A DNA stretch of 64,000 bases from the NCBI GenBank assembly GCA_026914245.1, contig CP110439.1:5084001-5148000 (forward strand), read 5' to 3'. This document shows, in pieces, positions 49,189 to 62,060 of the stretch. Every line of letters starts with the position of its first letter. The stretch's first letter is position 1. The notes under the pieces are model-generated. The model was not told where the DNA came from, did not search any database, and saw only the letters and a program-made list of their open reading frames with translations. This stretch comes from Puccinia triticina (lineage: Eukaryota). Position numbers and translations under genes: made by a program.

Positions 49189-51248
49189 ATATGACGTAAT
49201 AATGTTTGTACGTTTCTATGGGTTGTTAGTTATAATGAGGAACAGTTCTTATTTTCATTATATTGTTTTGTTATGCGCATATTTTTTTGTTCCGTTGATA
49301 GCTATTATATGTTGTTGTTCTCTTTCCTTCTTTCCTTTCCTTTCCTCATTGAGATATTTTTGTTTCATTATCATCATTATCCGCGAAAATTCAAAATATA
49401 AAGCCTTCTTACTAAAATCCCCTTCAAGATTTTGTTCTTCTTTGGAAGACAAACTACCTTTATTACATCTGAAAATAGGTGATAGTCTCTCTTGAGTCTA
49501 TTCATAGCCGCTTAAGAAGTAAGAATAATAGGGGGTCTCTCACGATTATATCTTGATCTTCATCATTAGACTTTCAAACAATCTTCAGCTTTAAATCTTC
49601 AAAATTTTGGAAAGTCTTACGGTCTTACGTAAAGAACCCTGATAATTTTTATTGTTAAGAAACTAAAAGCCAAATCTTGAGGACAACAAAGAGTCAGAGA
49701 TGAACAGGTGATGAATAAAGAATAGGAAAAATAGAGCATACCCAATGATTGAGATTTATGAGATAACAAACAACTAGACAGGACAAAAGATAGGACAGAA
49801 CAAGGACAAGGACAAGAACTGAGGATAGAAAGAGAGAAGGATTAGTGTTTGTTGATAAGGAAATACAAGAAAGGAAGACGCCGAGAGATATTCTTGGGTT
49901 TCTTCTCACCAAGTTGGAGCAAGGACGAGACGTCCAAGAGATAAGAGATTGGTTGATTGATTGACCAATGATGTTGAGTCAATTGAGATCAAAGAAGACT
50001 GGTGTCTTGAGGCAATGTGTATTGCTGGAGAGTGAGTCGAGGATTTTTGAGGAAGGAGGTATGGAAGGGGAAATGGTTTTTGTCAGCGGGTTGAAAGGAA
50101 GGGATGACTAAGGAATCCAGAAGCTGAGAGCCGCTGGTTGAGCTTTTTGTTGAGCTAAGGACTCAGGCAGGCGAAACAAGAGAATGAGCACAAGTGTCTT
50201 GCTCGAGATAGTGGGCAGTGAGGAGGATAGCTCACCGCATACGGCTCAGGTGGGACGTGAGAATGAATGAGATAGAACCGATGGTGCTTGATTGCTTGTA
50301 TCTAGGCTGGCTAATGTAGTCTATGTACAAGTGATCAAGCTGTGGTTGAGGTGACATGAATAAGAAATGATAATGAATAGAAAAGTCTGGAACACTCAAA
50401 CACAGTAGATATCTCAACTAAGTCAGAACTTTCACATGCAGAGCGCGCGCACATCAGAGAACAAGGATATTGGGGAAAGATTGGTAGTCTAATCTCGGCA
50501 GGGAAACGATGTCACAAGGCAAGTACGGAACAACAATCATGACCTACAATATACAGGTCATAGGAAGTGAGGTAGCATAAGATGAGAGAGAACAGGATCA
50601 GAGTGAGGCATTCAAGAGAGGACTGGAAAGGGAAAATGAGGTAGAAGGCAGTGGAGGACAAGAGGCCGAAAATCCAACACTTTTTGATTTTGATCAACTA
50701 GGTTTGCGCTGATGATAAACTGCGTACTAGCAGTCCGCAGCTTGAGGTTTCATGGACTGCTACACGCAAATGTTGGGAAGCGACATGGATTTTCAACATT
50801 ACGCCATTAATTTATCATCAGGCTGTCTCTTATTTTGTTGTTCCAATTCTGGTCAAACCTAAAGCTTAGTTCGGACTTGATTCCAGTGAGGATCAACCTC
50901 AATTTTCAATCACATTAAGTTTTGACGGGTCAACTCTCGATTTTTGATTCCATCATTTCAAAAATTTAAATTCAGTAATAATCAAATTCAGTTCTCATTC
51001 ATATTATGGGTCGACTCTTGATTTTCAATTCCATCATCAAAAAATTTCCGGCTTATTATGTTGGATAACTCTTCCCCAAATCTTCCTTTGCGCATGTTGT
51101 TACCCAATTCCCCTCTCCCTTGTTCTCCATTACCTAACACCCTTTCTCAACAAGGAGCTCAACCGTTTATTACTTATCATGAAAATAAGAACCGTTTCTC
51201 ATTATAACTAACAACCCATAGAAACATATAAACATAATTACGTCATAT
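49189..51248. mobile_element. ~2-kb non-coding element bounded by 70-bp inverted repeats (unclassified)
   Basis: 49189-49258 is the reverse complement of 51179-51248 with a few mismatches; no TSD found. Confidence 0.55.
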
Positions 51249-51430
51249 TGTCAGTTAATCAATGAAAACGTTACACTGGATACCTGCTTCCAGCCTAGTG
51301 AGAGTGTCACAAGAGCCCTGGATACCACTTGCAAGGTGGAGTGAACCAACCAAGGGTTCAACCAGCAAGGCGAACCCTTAGGCCTTGATGTTCTTGGTAT
51401 AATTAGGGGCCTCCCCACCACCCCTTATCC

Positions 51431-52594
51431 CAAACTTAGCTAAGTCCCTCAATTGGAGGCGCATGAGCGCTGTCGCAAAGCAACCCTCTGAAGGAGGGAC
51501 TTACGCCCTACCTCGCAAAACAGTAGGCAGCAGAAGGTTGTTTTGGACGTTTTGTTATGTCTTGTTCTGTAGCAGCTACACAAATGTACTTGAGGCCAAG
51601 TGAGCTACCCCAAAAGATGCGCAAGAGGCATGGCTCTCTCAACACTGGGTCGCTACGCTAACCATAGCGGTTAGCGTAGCGTAGCGCAGCGCAAATGCGC
51701 TATTTTTTAGTGTAGCGTTAGCGCAATTGCACGCATATGCGCTAACGCTACGCGCACGCGGTGCGCAGCTATTTTAGCTGATAGCGTAGCGTTAGCGCAG
51801 ATGCGCGCAATTGCGCTAACGCTACACATGCAGGGCGCAAAAGAGCGCGCGCTCCGCTGCGCTACAGCGCCTTTAGCGGGAAAAAAGGGGTTTTTTCGCT
51901 AAAAGCGCTGTAGCGCAGCGCAGCGTAGCGTAGCGACTGTAGCGGCGCGCTAACGCTAACAAAGAATTGGCGCGCTGTTAGCGCCGCCGAAAATTAGCGC
52001 AGCGTAGCGGCGCTAACAGCGCGCTAACGCTATGCAAAATAGATGGGCGCTTTTTGCCGCTACGCTAACGCGTAGCGTAGCGTAGCGACCCAGTGTTGGG
52101 CTCTCTGCTCACATTTTTTATATAATTTTAACACCCAAACCTGATTTTTAAATAATTATCCAACACAAGACATCTGACTGCCTTCTTGCAAGTGCTAGCA
52201 GCTGTTTTAGTGCATGTTTTTCTGAAACCTGACAGCTGAACACCACCTCCTTGATAATCACACGCATTGGGTTGCACATTTGTATTGATCTGTCAGACTC
52301 AAGGGATGTTGTACACAAGACCATCTTTGGCATGTGTCAAAGTATGGATTTACCCAAGGACCTGTGTTATGAGCGTTCACAAATTCCTGATTTCCCTTTT
52401 CAGATTTAAAGGTGGAAATAGAGCACCACTGCCTCAGAGAGGTGGCAGGTGGAAGGGCAGATGTAGGCGGACAATTCTGTCTCCTCAGATTTTCAATACC
52501 TTTTACCTGAGTCGAGATATAAACAGTTGAATTTTTTGAAAATTTTCCCCAACCAAATGGGATTTCTGCTGCCTACTGTTTTGCGAGGTAGGGC

Positions 52595-52627
<33 letters not shown>

Positions 52628-52668
52628 AGCGCTCGCGCGCCTCCGATCGAGGGACTTAGCTAAGTTCG
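51431..52668. mobile_element. Non-autonomous MULE with ~105-bp TIRs and 9-bp TSD
   Basis: CCCTTATCC|C(A/G)AACTTAGCTAAGTCCCTC ... GAGGGACTTAGCTAAGTTCG|CCCTTATCC. Confidence 0.9.
51640..52098. mobile_element. hAT MITE with 8-bp TSD, nested in the MULE
   Basis: GGCTCTCT|CAACACTGGGTCGCTACGCTA ... TAGCGTAGCGACCCAGTGTTG|GGCTCTCT; interior made of TAGCG/CGCTA repeats. Confidence 0.92.
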
Positions 52669-53111
52669 CCCTTATCCCCCATCCCACCACTGCATAACCC
52701 ATCATCAACTTCCATCTAGTGCTCCCCTCACAAAAATTGGAACCATCCCCCCATACATCTCCAAACAGACTCAGACCAAACCTAGAGACAAAAAATTTCA
52801 GCTTCCCAATCCTCACCGAACATTCCAGCCTCCCCAGTAAACTTTCAGATGGGCCCTTAAGAACCTAGCTCCATGGCCTGTTTTTTTGCGTATAAAGTGG
52901 AATCCCAGCAAGCCGAGGAAACATGCAATCTTCGAACCAAATTAACAGCCTTCTTGGGGGTACCTTGCACGTCTCACGTCTTGCGGTGAGATTGATGTCA
53001 GTGCGAATAGTGCAAAATGAGTGAGGGAGGGAATCTGTGAACAAAGGACATTCGGCAGGAAGACCTACCAAGAAATATCAACAGTTGCAGTGCGGCGAGG
53101 ATCAAATAAAT

Positions 53112-54377
53112 TCAGTCCTTGAGGGGTGGTTTAGGGGCACCTCCCAAGCCAGCGGCGTGTAATGTGGCAGTTTGGATTGCCCTAGCTATTGTGCTACGAA
53201 TGCGTCCATCCTCCATTGCCAACAGGCCCGCAATGGTACAACCAGCAGGGGTTGTCACGCTGTCCTTCAGGGCAGCCGGATGTAAGCCTGTTTGTAGCGA
53301 CATTCGTGCCGCGCCTTGCATGGCTTTCGACGACGGCGCCCGATGGATCAAGTCAACTAAATCTGATGCCCTCAAAGCTGAGTTAAATGGGACGGTACCT
53401 TGAGCAGCTAATTCCAATGCCTCAGCCCTGGGGAGACCCATCATGACTCCTCCATCGGCGATTGCTTCTAGTATTACCAATGAGAAAGCCGGTCCGGAGG
53501 CAGAAACAGCTGTGCAGGCATCAAAGTGTTTCTCGTCCAAAAACCGACAGCGACTAATGGGCGTAAACAATGCGAGAAGGATTGCCCGAGTTTGAGAAGT
53601 AAATGGACAATCCGGGGATAGAGCTGACAAGATCGTCATTCCTTCTCGGATCTGAAGTCCCAAATCAGCACTGATTCAATCCAACTTGCGAAACTGTGGA
53701 AGGCCAGGACTTACTTGACACGGAGTGTTTGGCATTGCTCTGACTACGCGAGTACTGGACGGTACGAGTGATCGAAGCTGACTTGTGGTCGTACCGGCCA
53801 GGATGGAAATCAGCAGTTTGTTAGACAATGCTTCCTGCATGCCGGGTGCACCCAAAACATCCCCGGCCATCTGGGGTTTGCAGCTTCCTTGCCAGAAAAT
53901 GTGGTGGTTTAGTGATGCGTTCCGAAAGCAAAATAAGATATTTAAAATCGTTTTATGAGCGAAGCACCTACCCGAGAATTATCACATCGGATTCGGCCAC
54001 TCCGCGAACATTTTCAGAGACCCGAACTTCAATATCTTCTCTACCTAGCTCTAGCCAACGCTTTTTCAACTTCCGGGCTGATTCAGGTCGCGAAACGCAC
54101 GTGATAAAACGGTTGGGGATGGAGTCCTCCGGGGGCACATCTACATCAGCGTCAGGTTCAGCCGATGGGGTTTGCGGGCCTGACGACGATGGTTGGACGT
54201 CCTGCGGTTTTTTGAGCGATTCGATTACTCCCGATAAGATGGCAACGCCCATGGTCCCACAACCTAGATCCGTATTTTTTTTAGCCTTTTCCCTATCCAT
54301 CAACAGGACCTCCATATCGCACGACATGATCTCTTCATTGAAAGGAACTTACCCAGAACACACAGCGAGTAAGGCAT
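53112..54377 (-). CDS. PRO3: Pyrroline-5-carboxylate reductase
   Basis: MPYSLCVLG|CGTMG Rossmann start, LLISILAG, VRAMPNTP, TAVSASGPAF, LKDSVTTPAGCTIAGL; several GT-AG introns. Confidence 0.95.
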
Positions 54378-54533
54378 TTCGGAAGAAGGAGGCTTTAACC
54401 GATGAGTCTGTATGTAGCGTGGAGCTGTAGTGGAAGACTTCCCTTTGGATCTACGCCCCCCGGACTAGAATGATGCTCCGTTACAGTCCGTTCCTTATTT
54501 TGAATATTCATCTGCGCCTGACGGTCCTCTAAT

Positions 54534-54734
54534 GGATGACTTCCCGTCGTTGTTTAGAGAGCTCTAGATGCCCCTCTAAATCCTAAATTAAGACAGCTAT
54601 CAAAAACTCAGCCAGTGTACATGGAGTTAATGAACTGTAGGGTTAGGAAAACATTTTCCTTTTTGTCAAGAATTACAAATTTGGGTTTGTAAATTGAGAT
54701 CTGGGAGGCTCCCAGACTCGACGGGAAGTCCTCC
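54534..54734. mobile_element. MITE with AAT TSD in the PRO3 upstream region
   Basis: AAT|GGATGACTTCCCGTCG ... CGACGGGAAGTCCTCC|AAT. Confidence 0.85.
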
Positions 54735-55077
54735 AATGTCCTGGTAGCAAATACATACATACATAGTGTCAGCTTGACTCTTGACCCAGCTCTTGGCTGA
54801 GTGGCCGCGGTGTTGACTTCCAGTTTCTCCCACATCATGTGTTTAACCAGCTTGTTTTTACTCTGGTGGTGGCACCCAGGTAGCTACAAATCATCATTTA
54901 TTCACAAGCAACAAGCAATATATGCATAGATATGTATTATTTTATGGTACATAGTGAACTGGTCATGCAATGTGAGCAGATCAACAATGACCAAGTTTAT
55001 TTCTGATGACAAGCTGAGAAAATGTGCTCCTTCCAGAGGTTGGCAAAGTGGGATGGGAAGTGCAAAAGTACATATCT

Positions 55078-55140
55078 GTTTGTAGGAGTGTGCCAAAGCA
55101 CACTCCGTTTGTAGGAGTGTGCCAAAACACACACTCCGTT
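55078..55140 (-). repeat. Two-unit variant of the palindromic hairpin repeat (7-nt loop TACAAAC)
   Basis: GTTTGTAGGAGTGTGCCAAAGCACACTCC GTTTGTAGGAGTGTGCCAAAA. Confidence 0.85.
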
Positions 55141-55419
55141 ATATTTCTACTTTCCCTATCTAGTATTTCTACTGCACAAATCCTGACCATTGTCATCATC
55201 ATTGGAACAACGTGTTAGGTTATTATCATGGCTGAAGGTTCTCCTGTTTCTAACATTCTCTCATAGGGTTAATGTGTATTGAAATTGTGAAATATTCAGG
55301 CAATCATTTGATTTCTAATTCTTTCTTTCCAGTTGAAATAAACAAGCAGAAAAACTTATTGATTTGTTTCTCATCCTTGAGTCCAACCGGCAAAAACTTT
55401 TGGCCGGTGATTTCAGTGT

Positions 55420-57100
55420 GGTGTAGCAACATGGTTGAAACAGACCCCTTCAACATTCCGGATCTCTGCAAATATGATGATGATGAAGCCCAAGCCACAT
55501 GATATGAGTGGTGTCAAGTCAACCAGTAGTCATGTGCCAGCTACCACACAAGACTTGATTGCACTGTTATAATCTCATCAGAATGGTGACACAAATCTCA
55601 GATGGGTAAAACAGTCCAGCCACCATATAAATTTCTTGTTGAACCTGAGAAATTGGGTGATATGTTATCGCTTGATTTTATCAAACAATTGCATCGGAAA
55701 AGAAATCCAGCAGAAAAAATGAAGCATTGTTTATTCAGATTCTTGCCCCTGGTGTTCAATCTAGTTGGCAAGAGCTGGATTGGTCTTCTAACAGAAGCAG
55801 GAAAAGAAAGATTTGTTTTTGATTTGAATGAGTTACCATCAGAAGATTTTTCAACTGGATCCCCTTCCCCATCCTCAGATCACTCCTTTTATTTTTTCTG
55901 CAGAAGCTTTCACTGCAGAAGAAGAGCCAACAGAATTGTTTAGCCATATAGGCGGTAGGCAGGATGTTTCCTTGACTCCACTTGATTCAACTCAACCATA
56001 CAAACCTAAAAGTGGCTTCCTGAATTTCAAAAAGAGAGCAAGATAAATCTGGCTTCCCCAAAAAGCCAGTTGGAGCTTACATCGCAAGGAATGAAATAGC
56101 CTCAAGTTCCAAAAATTTGCAAGTGCAAGAGCTTCATGAAAGAGAATCAACAGAAATTTCAAAATATTCCTTCACTTGTAATATTGGGATTGAACCAATT
56201 CATAAACAAAATCTAGACTAGTCTTCAATGTCTTGGACTGGAATTTTTTCATAGTGGAACCAAGTTTAGAACATTCCATTTCAAACAAGCAGATTCCTGG
56301 AGAAGTTACACCTATAAAAAAGCTATTTGAATTTCTTCAAGCCCTGAAGCGTAAACCAGCAAAAGATCCTTGCAGAAGTTTCTCTTTCATGTTGAGGGAT
56401 AAAGATGTAAAATTCCTCCAAACATATCATACGAGAAGAGACAAACTACCTTATCCATATTTCAACACACAGCATGAGATTAAACACAACCCTTGGCATT
56501 ATATTAAAAATTTCTGATGGAAGATTACAACTTGAAGACTATTTTGGGTTCTTTACAAAGATTGAAAATGAATTTAAATCAAAATTTGAAGCCAAATTCC
56601 ACCTTTCTGATCAAACACAAAGATGGTCTTGTTTTAATCTGATGCCAGCTAGGATTAGACATATTAAGAAAATAACCAAAATCACAACAACATTGATAGT
56701 TTTGTATCTTTCACTCTTTGGCAAGCATGAAGGGGGAATATTGAAAGCAACAGATCTTAAAAACCTTATGGATTTCTTTGAATCTTTCTGGAGAAGAATT
56801 GGAAAGGGTTGGGATCTAAAACCAGAAAAAGATGAAGGTAGACTGCATGATCTACTGAAATGTGAACAAAGTGAAACCTACTATACAATAAATAGGCATA
56901 ATTCAGGTTGTTCCATGGCAACAGCTTGGAGGATGGTCAAAACTTGGGTGGAGATAAGAGGCAGAGGTCCACCAACAAACACACCTCCACAACAGAAATA
57001 AAAAACCCATCAAGAATTGATTGAGTTGATCTACAAGATAATTCTATATTTAAATCATCATTTTTTTCCCAATGAATTTAGATTTGAAAATTATTAATTT
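55420..57100 (+). pseudogene. Frameshifted remnant of a lineage-specific protein gene
   Basis: Chain of overlapping same-strand ORFs (55602, 55828, 56233, 56474) with protein-like composition, broken by stops and frameshifts; almost CpG-free. Confidence 0.5.
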
Positions 57101-57437
57101 TAAGCCTCTGAAACAGTTTAAAAATGAGGAAACTTCTGCTTCAAAATTTTTATTCATTCATTTACAGCTTCAATCAATTTGTTATTGAAAACATTGGAGG
57201 CTATAGATTAATGTAGTGCCCACCTGGCATCAAATTATGAATTGTAAGAGCACTTTCACTAGTTGAGCTAATATCACACAAGTCTTGAGTTGCGGCGGCT
57301 GTCACAAAGTCCCTGTTTAGATGCACTGTTATACATAAATGTGCAAAGTCATAGCATGTGACAAACTTAACACAAGTCCCTCCCTGTGCTCGCAGGGCGC
57401 AAGCATCCTCCTGCTTGCAGGAAGGACTTGTACCTAA

Positions 57438-57684
57438 CACTGCAAAAAAAACTGTGTCAACTGTGAGCAGTTGACATGTGGTAACTCTGAGGAAGCTTGT
57501 GGTGTTACACCAGCCTTACTCAAGGTTTGACTCAACCCAAGCTTTAATGCACAGTCACTGTGCACCTTGCACAGTGACTGTGCCAACAAAGACACTTGTG
57601 CATTCAGGTGGAGTTACAATGGCAGCTTGGCTTGAGATCTCTGCATGTCAACTGAAAGCAGTTGACCAAGTTTTTTTTGCAGTG
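57438..57684. mobile_element. CACTA-type MITE with 3-bp TSD
   Basis: TAA|CACTGCAAAAAAAACT ... AGTTTTTTTTGCAGTG|TAA. Confidence 0.8.
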
Positions 57685-58869
57685 TAATGTCCAAGGCTTG
57701 AGGCTGCCCAGCAAAATGGCCAAAAAATCCTTTTAATCCACACATCACCGCATACCCCTTTAATTTATTCACAGCCTCCAGTACCATTAGAACCAGCTTC
57801 TAGTTGTACATATTACCATGTATCCCATCAAAATTGTATCCTCATCCCTTGGAAGTAATTGTGATGTAAAAACACTGCCTTGGGAGGTCTTGTGAGCCAA
57901 AATTGGGAGAACCTGTCCAATCTTGACTTGCAAGTGGCCCAATGGGTCCTTGACATTGCTCAGGAATAGCCCTGGCAAGAATGGCTGCTGAGTAGCCAAT
58001 TCTTTTTCAAATCACTTGAAAAAATATGTACAAGATAGCTGAGATCAAGGGCTACAACATGGTCAGCTGAGATTTGGAGTAAAAACGTAGAGCTAATCAT
58101 CAAATAAATTTAAATACAAAATTGCTCATTTTCTTCAAAAAACCATGTTACTGTTAGGGTCAGGCCAAGAATCTGACTTGAGTCCTAAGCCTCTCTTCGG
58201 AGACGCTTTGCGCCTCCTTGGAGACGCTTGGAGACGCTTAGTTAAGCTCAAGCACGTGAACCGCGGGGGGGGGGGGATCTAAAGGCCTTCCAAGAAACTT
58301 CTCCAAATGTCTTTTGCATCATAAAATTAGAAATTCACAAACCTGTCACAGGAGGTCCAAACAGGGCCTAAATTATGAAGTAGCAACAGCAAGTTGAGCC
58401 TATTGTCATTGATTTGGGTGATTTGCAAAAAATTGGTGTGCCTCGTGGGTGCACCAGACATTCAGGAACCACTATGATGGTACAGGGGTCTATAACACCA
58501 GTGTAGCCTAGAGCTGCTGATATTCCACATTAAGCTACCCATAGTCCAAGTTGTATTCCAAGCTAGCTGAGAGGAGATGGGCATGTGAAAGAATGAGAGG
58601 AGAGAAAAGACAGCCAGAATCTGTTATAAGCACCATTAGAGAAGGCTAGAGTACATTTAACAAGAGTGCATGCTTTCTGATCAGGGACAGATTTGGATGA
58701 GATTACCAAGGCAACAAAAAGGCCCTCAGCAGGAATATATTATCAGAACCAGTTATTTTTGCATTCTTGCCTCCAGATATGCGGGTTCTGGGATCAGTGA
58801 AATCTGTGATAAAAGCTGAATAAATCATGAAAGACGCATAAATTTGAGTATTTGATTTAAGAACGCGGC

Positions 58870-60350
58870 TCAAAAGAAGTACGGGGCGATGGACCTAGAA
58901 AAGTGAAAAAAACAAGAACGATGGGATCAGATATGCAGAAGAGAAGAGGAGGAAAGAGCAGAAGGCTTACGCTGCGGCGCCGGCGATAACGATGCCAGCG
59001 ATAGCCAAGTTGCGTTTGTTGGGATTAAGCGGCGACAAGGACTGGTCGGCTGAAGGATCGGGCGTATTTGCCGGCAAAGGAGCAAAGGATTTGCCGGCCG
59101 AGCCGGCCTGGTTGAATCGCTTAACTTTCTTGGAATTCGCCTGGGCCTGAGTCGCGGACCGTCGCCATAACAGCTTAGGCAAGAAGCTTCTGCTCGTCGA
59201 GCGTTCCGGCGTCTCTTCGGCCTCTTGGACACCCTCTTCCTCGGCTGACACTTCATCCACGCTGCGTTTGCGGTTCAGCTTATCGGTCTTTTCGGGGCTC
59301 GTCCGGCTCTCGACGTCCATGGCCTTAGTTTGGCTTTCTTTGGCTGCCTGGACATTGATTTGTGAGTTCTTCAAGTCGGAGACTAGCCGGAGCGCTTCTT
59401 GTTTGGCTCTATTGACCATCTCGTCGGTCCCAATCAGCTGTGGACTGGCGGTCTCCTCTGCATGCTCAGGCAGCTCGTTATTCTCGTCGGTCGTGGTCGT
59501 CTTGATGGGCGAATTCTTCTGTCCACCAGCAGTGACCGGATCTGTCTGCGATGCGGAGTTTTCCTCATTATCCTTATCGGTGATGCCCGTTGGCTTAGAA
59601 TCATGAGTGCTGGGTTTCTTGATCTCAGTGGGCGGTTTGTTGAAGGTGCTGAGGTTGAATGACGAAGGACTGGTGTTTCCGAAGCTCAGGGGCCCAGCCC
59701 TGGATCGCTTGGAGGAACGAGTGACCGGTGTCTGGTCAGACTGCTTGGAGGGGTGAATAGCTTTAGGCGTTTGAGTGCTTAAGGGCTCGTTTTCTCCTGC
59801 GTTCTTTATCGCGGCAGGTGATGAAGGGCTCGGGTTCGGGTTGGGGATGGCTATCAGAGGGACTACGAATCGTGTGAGACCATATTCCTCGGCCAGTTCA
59901 GCTGCGTCCTCAATCGGTACCCTGGAGAGAAATTGTAGTCAGAAAGGGGAAATCGAGATGGATCAAGAGATAGGAGGATACTGACCAGACACCAGTCAAT
60001 CTGTGTTCAGGACCCAGGTCGAGAGCGCCGGCCCGGCGAGTATCGTAGATCTCCTGGAGGTAGTTCATGTGGCATGCTTCTTCTTCCTCGGTCGCATGGG
60101 GGAAGGCAGATTTGAAGAAGGAGCTGGCCGAGATGGCATTGGTGTCGAAGCGCTTGATGAGATGGGAGGACACTTTGTCTGGCGCGGGGATCTTGATCCT
60201 GGCTATCGTGATGACGGAGGTGGTGCCTAGCTTGATGTCCTGGGTGCGTACTGATCTCAGTTTGCCCTGGTAGTTGACCAGCGTTTCGTGGAACTTGTCC
60301 TGGGGCAGGCTGGGCGGGTTGTTTGAGCTGTATAGGCTGGGTTGCGACAT
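58870..60350 (-). CDS. Bqt4-like APSES/KilA-N domain protein with C-terminal membrane anchor
   Basis: LIKRFDTNAISASSFFKSAFP...LTGVW|VPIEDAAELAEEYGL, low-complexity middle, tail KRNLAIAGIVIAGAAA|SIAPYFF*; two introns. Confidence 0.82.
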
Positions 60351-60871
60351 CGTTTGCGGCTGGCTGGGTGGTGCTTTGCTTTGTGGTTGTTGCGGTTGTT
60401 GTTCTCCTGCGCCTGGCCGAGCCCCGGCTGGACCTCGGCATGTTGGCTGACCACCTACGCCTCGCACGCGCGCACTCTGCCACTGGCATGTATGCGCACT
60501 GCGCGGAACAAGAACATTCCGGCGATCTCGGATATGAAACATGCCTCGATCTAATCACACTGAGTTTCTCCATCGACGCCTGTCTATGTCTGCGAATGTA
60601 TCAACGCAACATGGTCCTCATATATCCCTGAGGATATCTTGACAATTAATCAGGAAGGGATTAACTACCCCTGACTTCAGGCCTCAAAAACATCCCTCAA
60701 TACCTAGCTTTGACCGCATAGCTTGGCTGATTGAGAGCCAAGTGATGAGGCAAAGAATATTGGAGGACTTCTTATGCAATCTGGGACTCCCGCAGATGTT
60801 GGTTTAGACCCAAAAAGTCTAGATTTTTTCAGGGAAATCTGGGCTCTTGTGCCCCTTGAGTCCAACTGAAT

Positions 60872-61017
60872 GGAGGACTTCCCGCCGATCTGGAAACCCA
60901 GATTTTCCCAGATTTCGCAGGGAAATCTAGGCAGATCTAGGATTTGGGATGATTGGGCCCAGATTTCCCCGCAAAATCTGGAAAAATCTGAGTTCCCAGA
61001 TTGACGGGAAGTCCTCC
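60872..61017. mobile_element. MITE with AAT TSD; further partial copies at 60760-61170
   Basis: AAT|GGAGGACTTCCCGCC ... GACGGGAAGTCCTCC|AAT; same TIR as 54534 but a different interior. Confidence 0.75.
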
Positions 61018-61649
61018 AATAACTGGAGGACTTCCCAGATCTGAGCTGAGAGATTTAAGATTTCACAGGGAAATCTAGGTCCGTGAAGATCCCCAAAGAG
61101 ATCCAGAGTTCCAGAGTTCAGATTTCCCAGCAAAATCTGAAATTCTAGATTTATTCAAATTGGATGGGAAAACTTGAAATGACCATGTATAATTTCCCAT
61201 TTTCTGGCCAGACACACCCTCCACACAATCCTCATCTCCTGTAATTTGGCCATGGTTTTGTTGGTCAATTCTTTTTCTTAGCAGTTTGTGGAGCAATGTA
61301 TTAGTCATAGCAGATGAATCCTAGTGAAAAGCTCCCAGTGATCTTTCTGCCCCATGTATGTCACTCTCTGTGAGACCTTTTCTGTTCTCATTCAACAAGT
61401 ACATTTTTGCCACTCTTTTCTTGCCTGTCAAGTTTTTCTCTCTCTCTTGTCTGTTGAAATTTATGCAATGAACAAATTCTTTCACACACTAGGTGGCAAT
61501 AAGCTGGAAAACGTTAGGTCTGGCCTGTATAGTGATAGGGAAAAAACTAAGCATGGGTTGTGTTTTATTAATTAAATGGAAATATGAAAAAGGAATAGAA
61601 AACAAAACATCAATTTGATGGATCATCTGGTAAATATAATCCAAGTATA

Positions 61650-62060
61650 TTAAAGCCTGTGAATCATGAAACAAAACTTCAAGGGCTTCCCCTACAAATT
61701 GACAAAAATCACAAAAAAAAAAAATCAAGGGTTTCCCCTTTACAAAACAAATATTACAAGATCTAATACCTACAAAAACCAGAGAGAAATGCCAAAAAGT
61801 AACCCCCACCAAGCCACCCAACATCAGCAAGCTTATGCACCGTGGCCCACTGTCCATCCCTGTCTAGCAGGGTTAAAAAACAGTGAGAGGATGACCCCCA
61901 GCGCGCCGCAAAGGCATTATGCAGAAGGGGGGCCACCGAATGAAGCCCCCTCAGACTGCGCAAGTGCAACAGTGGAGGGGGTTGAGGCAACTCACAGCTG
62001 GAATTACAGCTGGAGGAATTTCCTGAGGCAGAAACTGTTGGCTCACCCCCTGTATTTATA
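61650..62060 (+). repeat. Dispersed repeat family B copy
   Basis: Matches 47080-47515 and 15285-15675. Confidence 0.75.
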
